A stretch of 35,436 nucleotides of DNA from a virus (Duplodnaviria; Caudoviricetes), in the IMG/VR virus record IMGVR_UViG_3300020042_001362, positions 1-35,436 of that record. One strand, written 5' to 3'. The notes under the pieces are model-generated. The model did not search any database, had not been told where the DNA came from, and saw only the letters and a program-made list of their open reading frames with translations. A program made the translations under genes and the position numbers. This document shows, piece after piece, positions 16,623 to 26,235 of this stretch. The number at the start of each line of letters is the position of its first letter. The stretch's first letter is position 1.

Positions 16623-19600
16623 ATGGCCCTCGTTCTCGCTGATCGTGTACAAGACCTGACTTTAACAACAGGGACGGGTACCGTTACCCTCACTGGTACG
16701 CCTACTGTGGGCTATCAATCGTTTGGGGCAGCCATCGGCAACGGTAACACCACCTACTACACCATTACTGGTGGGTCTCAGTTTGAAGTCGGTATCGGCA
16801 CCTACACGGCGGCGGGCACGTCTCTCTCGCGTGATACGGTGCTTTCCTCCAGCAATGGGGGTGCGCTTGTTAACTTCAGCGCAGGTGAGAAGACGGTTTT
16901 TGTTACCTACCCGGCTGAACGGTCAGTAAACGCGGATGCGGCTGGCAACGTCAACATCAGCGTCACGGGCAACGCGGCGACGGCTACGCGGGCTACTAAT
17001 CTAGCTTCTGGCGCTGCGGGCTCTGTCCCCTACCAGACGGCGGCTAACACCACGGCGTTCCTTGCATCGGCTTCTGGCGTCCTTGTTGGTGGTAACCCGC
17101 CGACGTTCTCCACGACCCCAACCCTTACCGGTACGAACTTCACTGCAATCCCCAACGCTGCGCTAAGCAACAACGCGGTTACCATCGGCAGCACAGCCGT
17201 GGCTCTCGGCGCTACATCTACAACTCTTGCTGGCCTGACCTCGGTTACGTTGACTCAAGACCCGACATTGGCGTTGCAGGCGGCAACCAAGCAGTATGTA
17301 GACAGTGCCGTTTCATCAGGCATTCACTTCCACACGCCGGTACTAGTCGAAGCACCGGCCAACCTGAACGCGACGTACGCTAACGGAGCTTCTGGGGTCG
17401 GCGCTACCCTGACCAATGCTACTACGCAGGCCGCGCTGGTCCTTGATGGTGTGACGCTCAACGTTGCTGACCGCGTCCTTATCCACCAGCAGACGACGCA
17501 GACGCAGAACGGCATCTACGTTGTGACAACCGTGGGTAGCGGCGCAACTAACTGGGTGTTGACGCGCTCCAGTGATGCGGACACCTACGCCGCCGCTAGC
17601 GCAGCCGCTCTGGGCGAAGGTTCAGCCGTGTTTGTCCAGCAGGGCACGGTTGGCGCAGGTACCACTTACGTCTGCAACACCTCTGGGACCATTACGTTCG
17701 GCACGACAAACATCACCTTTGTGGAGATATCGTCGGCGCAGATTTACTCGGCTGGCACCGGTCTTACCCTTACGGGCACCACCTTCAGCCTCACCACGCC
17801 TGTAGCTACAACGCTAGGTGGTACGGGTCTGACGACCTTTGGCGCTACTAACCGTGCGATTTTCTCGTCGGGCACCACGACACTTACGGCTGGTACCCTT
17901 CCCGTTGCTGCTGGTGGTACAGGCCAAACGACCTACGTCAACGGCGAACTTCTTATCGGTAAGACCTCCGATGGTTCGCTGGCTAAGGCTACGATTACTG
18001 CGAGCACGGGCATCAGTGTCACCAACGGTGACGGGTCAATCACAATCACCAACACCGCCCCAGATCAAACAGTCTCGCTGACGGGTAGCGGCACGACGAC
18101 GATCACTGGCACGTACCCCAACTTCAACGTCGCCTCGGCTGACCAGTATGTAGGCACTGTTACGAGCGTTTCGGCCTCGGTCAACACGACGGGTACAGAT
18201 ATCGCGGTTGCGGTCACTAGCAGCACGACAACTCCAGCTATTGCGCTCAGCATCCCAACCTCTTCAGCCTCGGCTCGCGGCGCTTTGACCAGCACTGACT
18301 GGAGCACCTTCAACGCCAAGCAGGTCGCGCTTGTCTCTGGTACCAACATCAAGACGATCAACGGTACGAGCGTTCTGGGTTCGGGTGACCTCTCGACCCT
18401 TAGCACACCTCTCGCTGTGGTTGGTAACGCTACTGCCGGCGCTGAAATCCGCCTGCCAGAAGACACGGATAATGGTTCAAACTACGTTGCCCTCAAGGCC
18501 CCTGATACCCTTGCGGCAAACCTTACGTTGACGCTGCCCACGGCAGACGGCACTTCAGGTCAGGTTCTCCAGACCAACGGCTCAGGCCAGCTTGCGTTTG
18601 CTTCAAGTTCCAGCGGCACCCAGCAGTTCACGTCATCCGGCTCCATCACAGCGGGTCAGGCCGTTGCTCTTAACACCGATGGCACTGTGTCTACGGTTAC
18701 TGGTGTTAGCACCTCTGAAGCGGCGTTGGGACAATCCACCATAGATTCCAACGGTGCCGGTCCGGAATGTATAGGGTCTTTTTATGATCCCAATAATGAT
18801 TGGACTATATTTGGCAGAAACTTGCCGGGTTATGGGATATTTCAAGTTAGTGCGTTCCGCATTAACAGTAGCGGTATAGTTAGTGTTTATGGTAGTAACG
18901 CAATTAACTTTCAGCAAGCGGTATCAAATCAAAATATGCCGGTTAGGCTTATCCGTGCTGGCACCAATCGTTATGCCGTTATGTACGCTACTTCGACTTC
19001 TTTTTGCCTTCTGGGGATATTTACAATCAACGCATCGACGGGGGCGGTAGCTAACGTCACTTCCACGGGCTTTAGCCTTTCTAATTCAGTAGTTAGCTAC
19101 GACGTGGATTACGATCCTGTGTCTGATAGGCTTGTAGTAATACATAGATCATCTTCCAGCATTGTTCAGGTCCAAGCCATCAACCCTACTAACGCTTCAT
19201 CAACTGCGAGCGCACAAATCTCTGTTACACCCGGCGCACCAGATTCTATTGCTCTTGCATGTCGCACAACTGGCGGTCAGTTTTTGTTTGTTTTCGGGGA
19301 CATCTCTAGTTTTGGTATTTATATTCGGACGGGCACAATTAATAGCGCCGGTACGTCTATAACTCTTGGTTCTTCTTCAACCAGCAGTATTTTTTCGTCT
19401 AGTACCATGGTGGCGGCGGCGTATACATCATCAGTTGACAGGTATATAGTTATACGGCGACCGAGTAGCGGGCAGTTGTCGTTTGATATGTATAACACTT
19501 CCGGCGTAAGTGTTAATAGCAGTTATATTGGTTTTTCAACCGGTAGTTTCGACACGTTTCCTCAAAAGTCCATGGTGAACGACACTCTACAGTTAGTCCA

Positions 19601-20480
19601 AGCCATATTGTCTAATGGCGGTTCTGCGCCGTCGCTACAGTACGGACAAAGCTCTTATACAGCCGCCAGTTTTGGTACTGCATCGACTTCGAGTACTTTC
19701 CCTTCTTCACCGGCTATAAGGCGCGGCTCGTTTTCACCATCTGGTACAACAGGTATCTATACTTACTGTGCGCCCGATACCGGCGGTACGAACACGTTCG
19801 CGGTCACATTCCGTCAATTTTTGTTCTCATCCAACGCCCAAAACTTTGCTGGTTTTGCTACAAACACGGTGACAACGGGACAAAATACCATCGTCGCAGT
19901 GCCGGGCGGTGTGGCGACTAATCAAACTAGTTTGACACGTAATACAGAATATTTCTTAGCTTTTGACGGGTCTTTGGTGACTACGGCTACTCCGTTTGGG
20001 GTTGTGCTCCGGGCTACATCGACTACCGGAGGGGAAGTTATACGTCCCGTTTCTGCCAAACGCCCCGTGGCCCTCGTTTCATTTTCAACTTCAACGGGCG
20101 TAAATATACCGCTGGGTGCAAAAGGATTTAGGTCAATCGAGTTATACTATAGCCTGTCTTTAACGAGCAGTTCTGTTCCAACCATTACCTTTACAACTAC
20201 GTCTGGTACGGTTACTCCAACAACCACGGGGCTTTACTCGACGGGTAGCACCTCGATATCGAATAGTTCGTGGGCCTTCTTAGCTGCTGTAAATGCATCT
20301 TCTTTTACGGGGCTTTACTCGGTTGACTCCTCTGTTGCGGGCGGCGTATCTCAGGGGAATGGCGGCGGCCTACACTACAGCGGTAACACTAGCTCTGTAG
20401 GTAACTCGGTAACTGCTATTAGCTTGTCTATTCCTGTCACCGCGAGCGGCAGCGTGATGGTGTACGGGATTCCAGCGTGA
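16623..20480 (+). CDS. Long tail fibre / receptor-binding protein
   Basis: 1285 aa Thr/Ser/Gly-rich. MALVLADRV..TTGTGT N-domain, AATKQYVD, DRVLI..Q..NGIY, LTLPTADGTSGQVLQTNGSGQL modules, and a variable C-terminal region. Confidence 0.88.
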   Translation: MALVLADRVQDLTLTTGTGTVTLTGTPTVGYQSFGAAIGNGNTTYYTITGGSQFEVGIGTYTAAGTSLSRDTVLSSSNGGALVNFSAGEKTVFVTYPAERSVNADAAGNVNISVTGNAATATRATNLASGAAGSVPYQTAANTTAFLASASGVLVGGNPPTFSTTPTLTGTNFTAIPNAALSNNAVTIGSTAVALGATSTTLAGLTSVTLTQDPTLALQAATKQYVDSAVSSGIHFHTPVLVEAPANLNATYANGASGVGATLTNATTQAALVLDGVTLNVADRVLIHQQTTQTQNGIYVVTTVGSGATNWVLTRSSDADTYAAASAAALGEGSAVFVQQGTVGAGTTYVCNTSGTITFGTTNITFVEISSAQIYSAGTGLTLTGTTFSLTTPVATTLGGTGLTTFGATNRAIFSSGTTTLTAGTLPVAAGGTGQTTYVNGELLIGKTSDGSLAKATITASTGISVTNGDGSITITNTAPDQTVSLTGSGTTTITGTYPNFNVASADQYVGTVTSVSASVNTTGTDIAVAVTSSTTTPAIALSIPTSSASARGALTSTDWSTFNAKQVALVSGTNIKTINGTSVLGSGDLSTLSTPLAVVGNATAGAEIRLPEDTDNGSNYVALKAPDTLAANLTLTLPTADGTSGQVLQTNGSGQLAFASSSSGTQQFTSSGSITAGQAVALNTDGTVSTVTGVSTSEAALGQSTIDSNGAGPECIGSFYDPNNDWTIFGRNLPGYGIFQVSAFRINSSGIVSVYGSNAINFQQAVSNQNMPVRLIRAGTNRYAVMYATSTSFCLLGIFTINASTGAVANVTSTGFSLSNSVVSYDVDYDPVSDRLVVIHRSSSSIVQVQAINPTNASSTASAQISVTPGAPDSIALACRTTGGQFLFVFGDISSFGIYIRTGTINSAGTSITLGSSSTSSIFSSSTMVAAAYTSSVDRYIVIRRPSSGQLSFDMYNTSGVSVNSSYIGFSTGSFDTFPQKSMVNDTLQLVQAILSNGGSAPSLQYGQSSYTAASFGTASTSSTFPSSPAIRRGSFSPSGTTGIYTYCAPDTGGTNTFAVTFRQFLFSSNAQNFAGFATNTVTTGQNTIVAVPGGVATNQTSLTRNTEYFLAFDGSLVTTATPFGVVLRATSTTGGEVIRPVSAKRPVALVSFSTSTGVNIPLGAKGFRSIELYYSLSLTSSSVPTITFTTTSGTVTPTTTGLYSTGSTSISNSSWAFLAAVNASSFTGLYSVDSSVAGGVSQGNGGGLHYSGNTSSVGNSVTAISLSIPVTASGSVMVYGIPA

Positions 20481-20959
20481 CCGAACCGCCATGGCTTACT
20501 GAGGCCCACAAGCATATTGGGCTACGGGAGATTCCCGGTAAGCGTCACAACCCTACGGTTGTGAACTGGGGTATTTCGCTTGGTGCTTGGTGGAAAGATG
20601 ACGAGACGCCGTGGTGCGGAACCTTTGTCGCACACTGCCTTCGTTCTGCGGGACAGCCCGTACCTGCTGAGTGGTATCGTGCGCGGGCGTGGGGAGACTA
20701 TGGTTCTTTGCTACGCCCCTCCCGGCTTGCACCCGGTGCCATCCTTGTCTTCTCACGTGGGGGTAGCGGCCACGTAGGGTTTTACCTTGGCGAAGACCCG
20801 TTGTATTATCATATCCTCGGTGGAAATCAGCGGAACAGCGTAAACGCCATGCTGTTGGAAAAGCCGAGGTGTATTGCTACGCGTTGGCCACGAGGCGTCT
20901 CCGTGTACGGTGGCCCAGTACAATTAAGCGGGGGCGTTGTTTCTACCGACGAAGCATAG
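20477..20959 (+). CDS. Endolysin, CHAP/NlpC-P60-like cysteine amidase (TIGR02594-like)
   Basis: DDETPWCGTFV (catalytic Cys), GHVGFY (His), LGGNQ; followed by holin and spanin genes. Confidence 0.88.
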   Translation: MTEPPWLTEAHKHIGLREIPGKRHNPTVVNWGISLGAWWKDDETPWCGTFVAHCLRSAGQPVPAEWYRARAWGDYGSLLRPSRLAPGAILVFSRGGSGHVGFYLGEDPLYYHILGGNQRNSVNAMLLEKPRCIATRWPRGVSVYGGPVQLSGGVVSTDEA

Positions 20960-20967
20960 GAGAATAT

Positions 20968-21132
20968 ATGATTGATTTCGTCTTGAATCGTTTGCGTGAG
21001 CCAAGCACCTACGCCGGCTTCGCCGGTCTGGCTGCCGCTGTCGGCATTGCTGAACCCCTGTATCAGGCCATTGCCGCTGTGGTTATGGCTGTTGCCGGTT
21101 TGGCTGCTATCTTCTTGTCCGAAAAGAAATAA
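20968..21132 (+). CDS. Holin
   Basis: 54 aa MIDFVLNRLREPSTYAGFAGLAAAVG..AIFLSEKK with two hydrophobic segments; TAGGAG RBS; directly after the endolysin. Confidence 0.8.
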   Translation: MIDFVLNRLREPSTYAGFAGLAAAVGIAEPLYQAIAAVVMAVAGLAAIFLSEKK

Positions 21133-21133
21133 A

Positions 21134-21352
21134 GTGAAGCTCCTTACGTCCCTGCTCAGCGTATTTGCCGCTATACTTACATGGTGGAAACAGCGGGCGC
21201 TCATTGAGCAGGGGCGTAAGGAAGCTGCATTAGACGCCGTCAAGGAGGTCGAAGCCCGTGTCGAGAAAGCTGAAGTTGCTGTGGCTACTCCCGATCCTGT
21301 GCGCAACGAGCGCCTGCGTGACCGGTTCGACCGCGCCCATAGTGGTCAGTGA
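21134..21352 (+). CDS. Inner-membrane spanin (Rz-like)
   Basis: GTG start; N-terminal TM segment KLLTSLLSVFAAILTWW, then a coiled coil. Confidence 0.72.
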   Translation: MKLLTSLLSVFAAILTWWKQRALIEQGRKEAALDAVKEVEARVEKAEVAVATPDPVRNERLRDRFDRAHSGQ

Positions 21353-21482
21353 CTACTGCCGTATAGCCAAGCCCCTTAGCTATGATTCCGCTAGGGATAG
21401 CGCAGCGACCATAAAAGATATAGAAGAGCACAACTCTAAGTGGGTATGCCTCTGCGAGGATGACTGCCCGAAGAAGCTCTGA
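21258..21482 (+). CDS. Outer-membrane lipoprotein spanin (Rz1-like), overlapping the i-spanin
   Basis: AAGGAGG RBS at 21242; signal peptide MSRKLKLLWLLPILCATSA then Cys (lipobox-like); further Cys residues downstream. Confidence 0.75.
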   Translation: MSRKLKLLWLLPILCATSACVTGSTAPIVVSDYCRIAKPLSYDSARDSAATIKDIEEHNSKWVCLCEDDCPKKL

Positions 21483-21498
21483 AGGAACCCGGCGTTAG

Positions 21499-22242
21499 AT
21501 GTTCGGCTTTTCCCCTTTTGCTGTGGCACCCTTTGCGGCACTCGGCATCGTCGATGTTGAGGTCGAACTCACGGGCGTGCAAGCTTCTGCGCTTCTTGGG
21601 AGTGTTATAGCTGGCGCTGGTTATCTCTTTACCGGTGTTTCATCTGTAGGTGCGGTAGGTACCGTGTCCGTTACGGCTGGTGCGGGAGCCGCTGTAACAA
21701 GTGTCGTAGGCACAGGCCAAGTAGGTACGGTACAACCGGTCAACTCCGTTATCGTTACGGGCGTTTCGGCCACGGGGTTTGTAGCTACAGCTAGCGTTGA
21801 TGCTGATGCGATCATCGTTGAGGACAGCGTGGTCGGTACCGGCGCAGTTGGCTCTGTGGTCGTCAAGGCAAACTCGGATGTTATCATTCAAGGGGCGCAA
21901 GCTACAGGCCAGATCGGCCAAGCTAACGTCATTGCCAACGGTAAGATCATCGAGGACGGTGTTGTTGGTACCGGGCAGATCGGCACTGTGCTTATTAGCG
22001 GTGATGCTAACTTCAGCATCACTGGGGTCCAAGGTGTCGGTCAAACGGGGACTATCCGCTACCAGAGCGGGGTGCGACCCACAGGGGTACAAGCAACAGC
22101 TACACTTGGTACGCCTTTTATCGCTATCAATATGCGTGTATACCCAACAGGTGTTTCGGCTACAGCCAGCCCAACTTCTGTCTTGGTTTGGGGGCAGATC
22201 AACGACGCTCAAAACCCGAACTGGACAACAATACCGACGTAA
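21499..22242 (+). CDS. Val/Gly/Thr-rich repeat virion protein (about 10 repeats of 20-22 aa)
   Basis: Recurrent xxTGVxxTGxVGxV units; MFGFSPFA N-terminus. Confidence 0.8.
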   Translation: MFGFSPFAVAPFAALGIVDVEVELTGVQASALLGSVIAGAGYLFTGVSSVGAVGTVSVTAGAGAAVTSVVGTGQVGTVQPVNSVIVTGVSATGFVATASVDADAIIVEDSVVGTGAVGSVVVKANSDVIIQGAQATGQIGQANVIANGKIIEDGVVGTGQIGTVLISGDANFSITGVQGVGQTGTIRYQSGVRPTGVQATATLGTPFIAINMRVYPTGVSATASPTSVLVWGQINDAQNPNWTTIPT

Positions 22243-22251
22243 GGACTAAAG

Positions 22252-23181
22252 ATGTCGAGCACTTACAGCAACCTCAAGCTCCAGTTGATGGCCACTGGCG
22301 AGAACCTCGCCACGTGGGGTAACGTCACGAACATCAACCTTGGGACTGCTGTTGAGGAAGCTATTGTTGGCTCGGCGGACGTAACTTTTGCTAGTGCCAA
22401 CGTCACGCTTACGCTGTCTAATTCCAACGCGACGCAGACCGCCCGCAACATGCGGCTCAACTTGATCGGGGCCACTGGAGGTGCCACTCGCAACCTCGTC
22501 GTACCCAGCATCCAGAAAGTCTACATCGTCAACAACACCTGCGCTGACTCGGTGCTGGTCAAGACGTCTGCCGGCACGGGTATCACCGTCCCCACGGGTC
22601 GCACCATGTGGGTCTACAATAACGGCACCAACGTGGTGGATGCCACATCGCACCTTACCACGCTTACGCTTGGCACTCCGCTTGCCCTTACCTCTGGCGG
22701 CGTAGGTAGCAACACTGCGTCGGGCGCTCGGTCTAACCTTAGTGCAGCGCAGTCGGGGACTAACATAGATATCACGTCGCTCCAGCCGTTGAACTATGCG
22801 GTTGAGACCGTGACCATCGTAGCCACGGCTGTGCCTAGCACACTTACTATCGACGCCGTCTCGCAGTCGGTGCTGTTCTACACCTCGGTCGCTACTGGCA
22901 ACTGGACGGTCAACCTCCGGGGTAACAGCGGCACGACGATGAACGCGTTGCTGAGCACTGGGCAGGCTATGACCATAGCGGTGTTCGCCACCATCGGTAC
23001 CGTGGGCTATTTCAACAACCAAGTGCAGGTGGACGGCACTGTGTCTGGCGTCACGACGCGCTTTCAAGGCGGCACCCCAACGGTGGGTAACACCTCAAGC
23101 ACAGATGCATATACGTACACGGTGGTGAAGACTGGTAACGCGACCTTCACTGTCTTTGCGTCCCTGACACGCTTTGCGTAA
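22252..23181 (+). CDS. Tail fibre-like protein
   Basis: 309 aa with MSSTYSNLKLQLMATGEN..TWG..TN N-terminus, LALTSGGVG..TASGARSNL knob motif and a beta-sandwich C-terminus. Confidence 0.78.
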   Translation: MSSTYSNLKLQLMATGENLATWGNVTNINLGTAVEEAIVGSADVTFASANVTLTLSNSNATQTARNMRLNLIGATGGATRNLVVPSIQKVYIVNNTCADSVLVKTSAGTGITVPTGRTMWVYNNGTNVVDATSHLTTLTLGTPLALTSGGVGSNTASGARSNLSAAQSGTNIDITSLQPLNYAVETVTIVATAVPSTLTIDAVSQSVLFYTSVATGNWTVNLRGNSGTTMNALLSTGQAMTIAVFATIGTVGYFNNQVQVDGTVSGVTTRFQGGTPTVGNTSSTDAYTYTVVKTGNATFTVFASLTRFA

Positions 23182-23190
23182 GGGTCTGAT

Positions 23191-23988
23191 ATGCCAGTTA
23201 TCATTACACGAGGAGGACTAAGCGCACGAGGCGCTGGGGCTTTTGCGCTCATACCGACCCCTACGCCAACGCCCACGCCAACACCCACACCGACACCTAC
23301 TCCGACGCCTACACCAACCGCACAAACGGTTACCTTCACTAGCAGCGGCTCGTGGACTGCCCCTTCGGGCGTGTCTGTAATTTCTAGTTTACAAATCTTC
23401 GGGGGCGCGTTTACGGAAGTACCCGGCCAATTTGCTTATACTACAGGTGTGATACTTCCCGTATACTCTGCATTTACAAGCTCAGGTTCTCCGGTTGTAC
23501 CTCCGTCGGGAACCGCAGTTATTGGCTATTATACTTACGCCGAAGCAGGAAGCTACGCTGATGGTGTTCTTTCGCAACTTAATAGTGGGGGTACGGGAGA
23601 GCGTGAGATTGCCTACAACCGACTGGAGTTGTTCTACAACCCAAATCTATCTCCTGCTAACCGTTATTGGTATGATCTTTCTTTTTCTGGCCCCATAACT
23701 ATTCGCGGAGTAGCTAGTCGAGCGTCTGGCCCATGGGACAACCGAAGCGGTCAAATTGCAAACGGCATCAACACCGGTTGGTTTATTGGGGTCGAGGTGT
23801 ATTCCCCTCCAACAACGCAGAACGGCACGCCCTCTTCGGCTTTCGGTTTCTCTGCACCCGGTGGTACGCAGGGTACCCCACAACCATCGACATTTGTGGC
23901 CAGTGTTGCCGTAAATCCGGGCCAGACGTATACTATTACCGTTGGTCAATCCGGGGGCGTAGTTCAGTTCCAGTTTACTCAGGGGTAA
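23191..23988 (+). CDS. Fibre-tip/accessory protein with (PT)11 linker and glycine-rich domain
   Basis: TFTSSGSWTAPSGV and VNPGQTYTITVG bracket an aromatic-rich, AT-richer central segment. Confidence 0.75.
   Translation: MPVIITRGGLSARGAGAFALIPTPTPTPTPTPTPTPTPTPTPTAQTVTFTSSGSWTAPSGVSVISSLQIFGGAFTEVPGQFAYTTGVILPVYSAFTSSGSPVVPPSGTAVIGYYTYAEAGSYADGVLSQLNSGGTGEREIAYNRLELFYNPNLSPANRYWYDLSFSGPITIRGVASRASGPWDNRSGQIANGINTGWFIGVEVYSPPTTQNGTPSSAFGFSAPGGTQGTPQPSTFVASVAVNPGQTYTITVGQSGGVVQFQFTQG
23254..23319 (+). repeat. (Pro-Thr)11 linker
   Basis: CCN-ACN repeated 11 times with varied third positions. Confidence 0.95.
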
Positions 23989-23991
23989 GAG

Positions 23992-26235
23992 ATGCCGTTC
24001 ATCAAGCTCCAGTTTAAGCCGGGTTTAAACCGGGATCAGACCGACTACTCAAACGAGGGCGGTTGGTTCGAGTGCGACAAAATTCGGTTCCGTTCTGGCT
24101 ACCCCGAGAAGCTCGGCGGCTGGCAACGCTACACGTCAAACAGCTTTCAAGGCGTGTGCCGTCAGATGTGGAACTGGTCCACGACCTACTCCGATAACCT
24201 TTTGGCGCTCGGAACGCACCAGAAAGCCTACATCGAGAACGGTGGCTATTACAACGACATCACCCCGCTGCGCGCGGTCAACCCAACGATTGATACGCCA
24301 GATTCAAATAATTGCATCTACACAAATACAACTTCGCCAAACGTGGTGCAGATCGAACTCCCCGTGGCGCACGAGGCAGAGACGGGTGACTTTGTTCAAA
24401 TCTCAGGCGTTGCAAATGTCGGAACCTTTAACGTAGCAGTTACCGTCCAGTCGGTCGGTGGGTCTAATGTATATTTTATTGATGGTGTACAGCAGCCAAC
24501 CTTAGAGTTAGCTGAAAGCAGTACCTATATATTTACATACCCATCGGCGCATCCATTTGCGCTATCAACTACTAGTAACGGTACGCATGGTGGCGGAGTA
24601 GAATATACTACAGGTGTAACAAGAAACAGTGGTGCAAATACGCTTACAATCACCGTAGCATCTGGCGCACCAACGCTTTACTATTATTGCACCATACATA
24701 GTAACATGGGTGCTCAAGCAAATACCCCCGTACCCGTTTCAATTGGTGGTATTCCCGCTTCCCAGATCAACGGCAACCACGAGATTACTGTCATTACAGG
24801 TCTGACTTTTACGATTCCTGTCACAGGTCCTGTCACGTCAAACGTGACCACGGGTGCAGGCGGTACTGCCATTGTCATTGACTTTGAAATCCGCCCCGGC
24901 TTCCCAATCACCACGGCGGGCTATGGCTGGGGTACGGGCACGTGGGGTCGTGATGCTTGGGGCCTTGGTTCGCAGGAGCCGGTCTTCTTCCAGCAGCGCG
25001 ACTGGTGGTTTGACAACTTCGACAACGACCTTGTGATGAACATCCGCAACGGGACCGGCTACTGGTGGGCTCGCGGTACTACTCTTGATCCGGCTACGGC
25101 GCTCAGCACACGAGCAATTACGCTGCAAGCGTACGCCACGGCGGAAGGGTATAGTGCTAACGCAGTGCCCGTTAAGATCATGCAGCTACTTGTGTCACAG
25201 CAAGACCGGCACTTGCTTGCCTTTGGCTCGGTTCCGTTTGGGTCAACCAGCGTCAACGACTTCGACCCCATGCTTATCCGCTGGGCTGACCAAGACACGC
25301 CGGGTGACTGGACGCCGACTGATACCAATACAGCAGGTGATATCCGAGTATCGCGTGGCTCGCGCATCGTGCGCGCTTTGCCATCCCGTCAGGAAATTCT
25401 TGTCTGGACAGATAGCCACCTCTACACCCTTCAGTTCCTCGGCACGACCGACGTGTTTGGCTTGCAGGAATACGCCGACAACATCTCAGTCATGTCCTCG
25501 CGCTCGATGGCAACGGCATCCAACATCACCTACTGGATGGGCCAAGATAAGTTCTACGCCTACACCGGTCGCGTTGAGACGCTGCCCTGCACCCTGCGTA
25601 ATCACGTGTTTCAGAACATCAACATGGCGCAATCCGATCAGGTTATTTGCAGCACCAACGAGCAGTGGAACGAAGTCTGGTGGTTCTATCCTGCGGGTGA
25701 GGCGGATTTTAACAACGCCTACGTGGTCTATAACCACCTTGAGAAAATCTGGTATTACGGGACAATCGAGCGTACCGCTTGGCTGGATACACCGCTGCGC
25801 CGCTACCCGCAGGCTGCTAACACGCCGCTCTCAGACTTCTCGGATGGTGTCTTGTACAACCACGAGGAAGGCATTGACGACGATACCGACCCGCTAGTGG
25901 CGTATATCCAGTCCTCCGACTTTGACTTGGGGGACGGCGATGTGTTCATGCTCTCCCGACGCATCATCCCGGACATTGGCTTCAGTGGCTCTACGGCTAA
26001 TAACCCAGCGGTAGATATGCAAATCCGCACCCGCAACTTCCCCGGTTCGGCGCTCACAAACAACCCCAACGACAGCAAAATTGTCGTAGAGACCTCGGTT
26101 GACGAGTTCACCAGCCAAGTGTTTATGCGCGCCCGTGCGCGCCAGATGGCGTTTAAAATCCGCTCCGAAGCTCTCGGTGTCCAGTGGCAACTTGGTGCGC
26201 CGCGTTTGGATGCCCGTGAAGATGGCCGACGCTGA
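23992..26235 (+). CDS. Tail nozzle / tail tubular protein B-like protein with inserted domains
   Basis: 747 aa; MPFIKLQFKPG..RFRSGYPEKLGGW, DPMLIRWADQ, ILVWTD, YWMG..KFY and NEVWWFY beta-propeller-type motifs. Confidence 0.78.
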   Translation: MPFIKLQFKPGLNRDQTDYSNEGGWFECDKIRFRSGYPEKLGGWQRYTSNSFQGVCRQMWNWSTTYSDNLLALGTHQKAYIENGGYYNDITPLRAVNPTIDTPDSNNCIYTNTTSPNVVQIELPVAHEAETGDFVQISGVANVGTFNVAVTVQSVGGSNVYFIDGVQQPTLELAESSTYIFTYPSAHPFALSTTSNGTHGGGVEYTTGVTRNSGANTLTITVASGAPTLYYYCTIHSNMGAQANTPVPVSIGGIPASQINGNHEITVITGLTFTIPVTGPVTSNVTTGAGGTAIVIDFEIRPGFPITTAGYGWGTGTWGRDAWGLGSQEPVFFQQRDWWFDNFDNDLVMNIRNGTGYWWARGTTLDPATALSTRAITLQAYATAEGYSANAVPVKIMQLLVSQQDRHLLAFGSVPFGSTSVNDFDPMLIRWADQDTPGDWTPTDTNTAGDIRVSRGSRIVRALPSRQEILVWTDSHLYTLQFLGTTDVFGLQEYADNISVMSSRSMATASNITYWMGQDKFYAYTGRVETLPCTLRNHVFQNINMAQSDQVICSTNEQWNEVWWFYPAGEADFNNAYVVYNHLEKIWYYGTIERTAWLDTPLRRYPQAANTPLSDFSDGVLYNHEEGIDDDTDPLVAYIQSSDFDLGDGDVFMLSRRIIPDIGFSGSTANNPAVDMQIRTRNFPGSALTNNPNDSKIVVETSVDEFTSQVFMRARARQMAFKIRSEALGVQWQLGAPRLDAREDGRR

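Noticed and set aside
17900-17925. VAAGG and similar GG strings in fibre proteins as extra AxGG tags
   Set aside because: They belong to the common fibre LPVxxGGTG motif and lack the M/Y first residue and basic context.
25085-25897. 270-aa alternate-frame ORF in the nozzle gene
   Set aside because: Arg/Ser/Thr/Pro-rich off-frame composition, TTG start without RBS, overlapping a conserved folded region.
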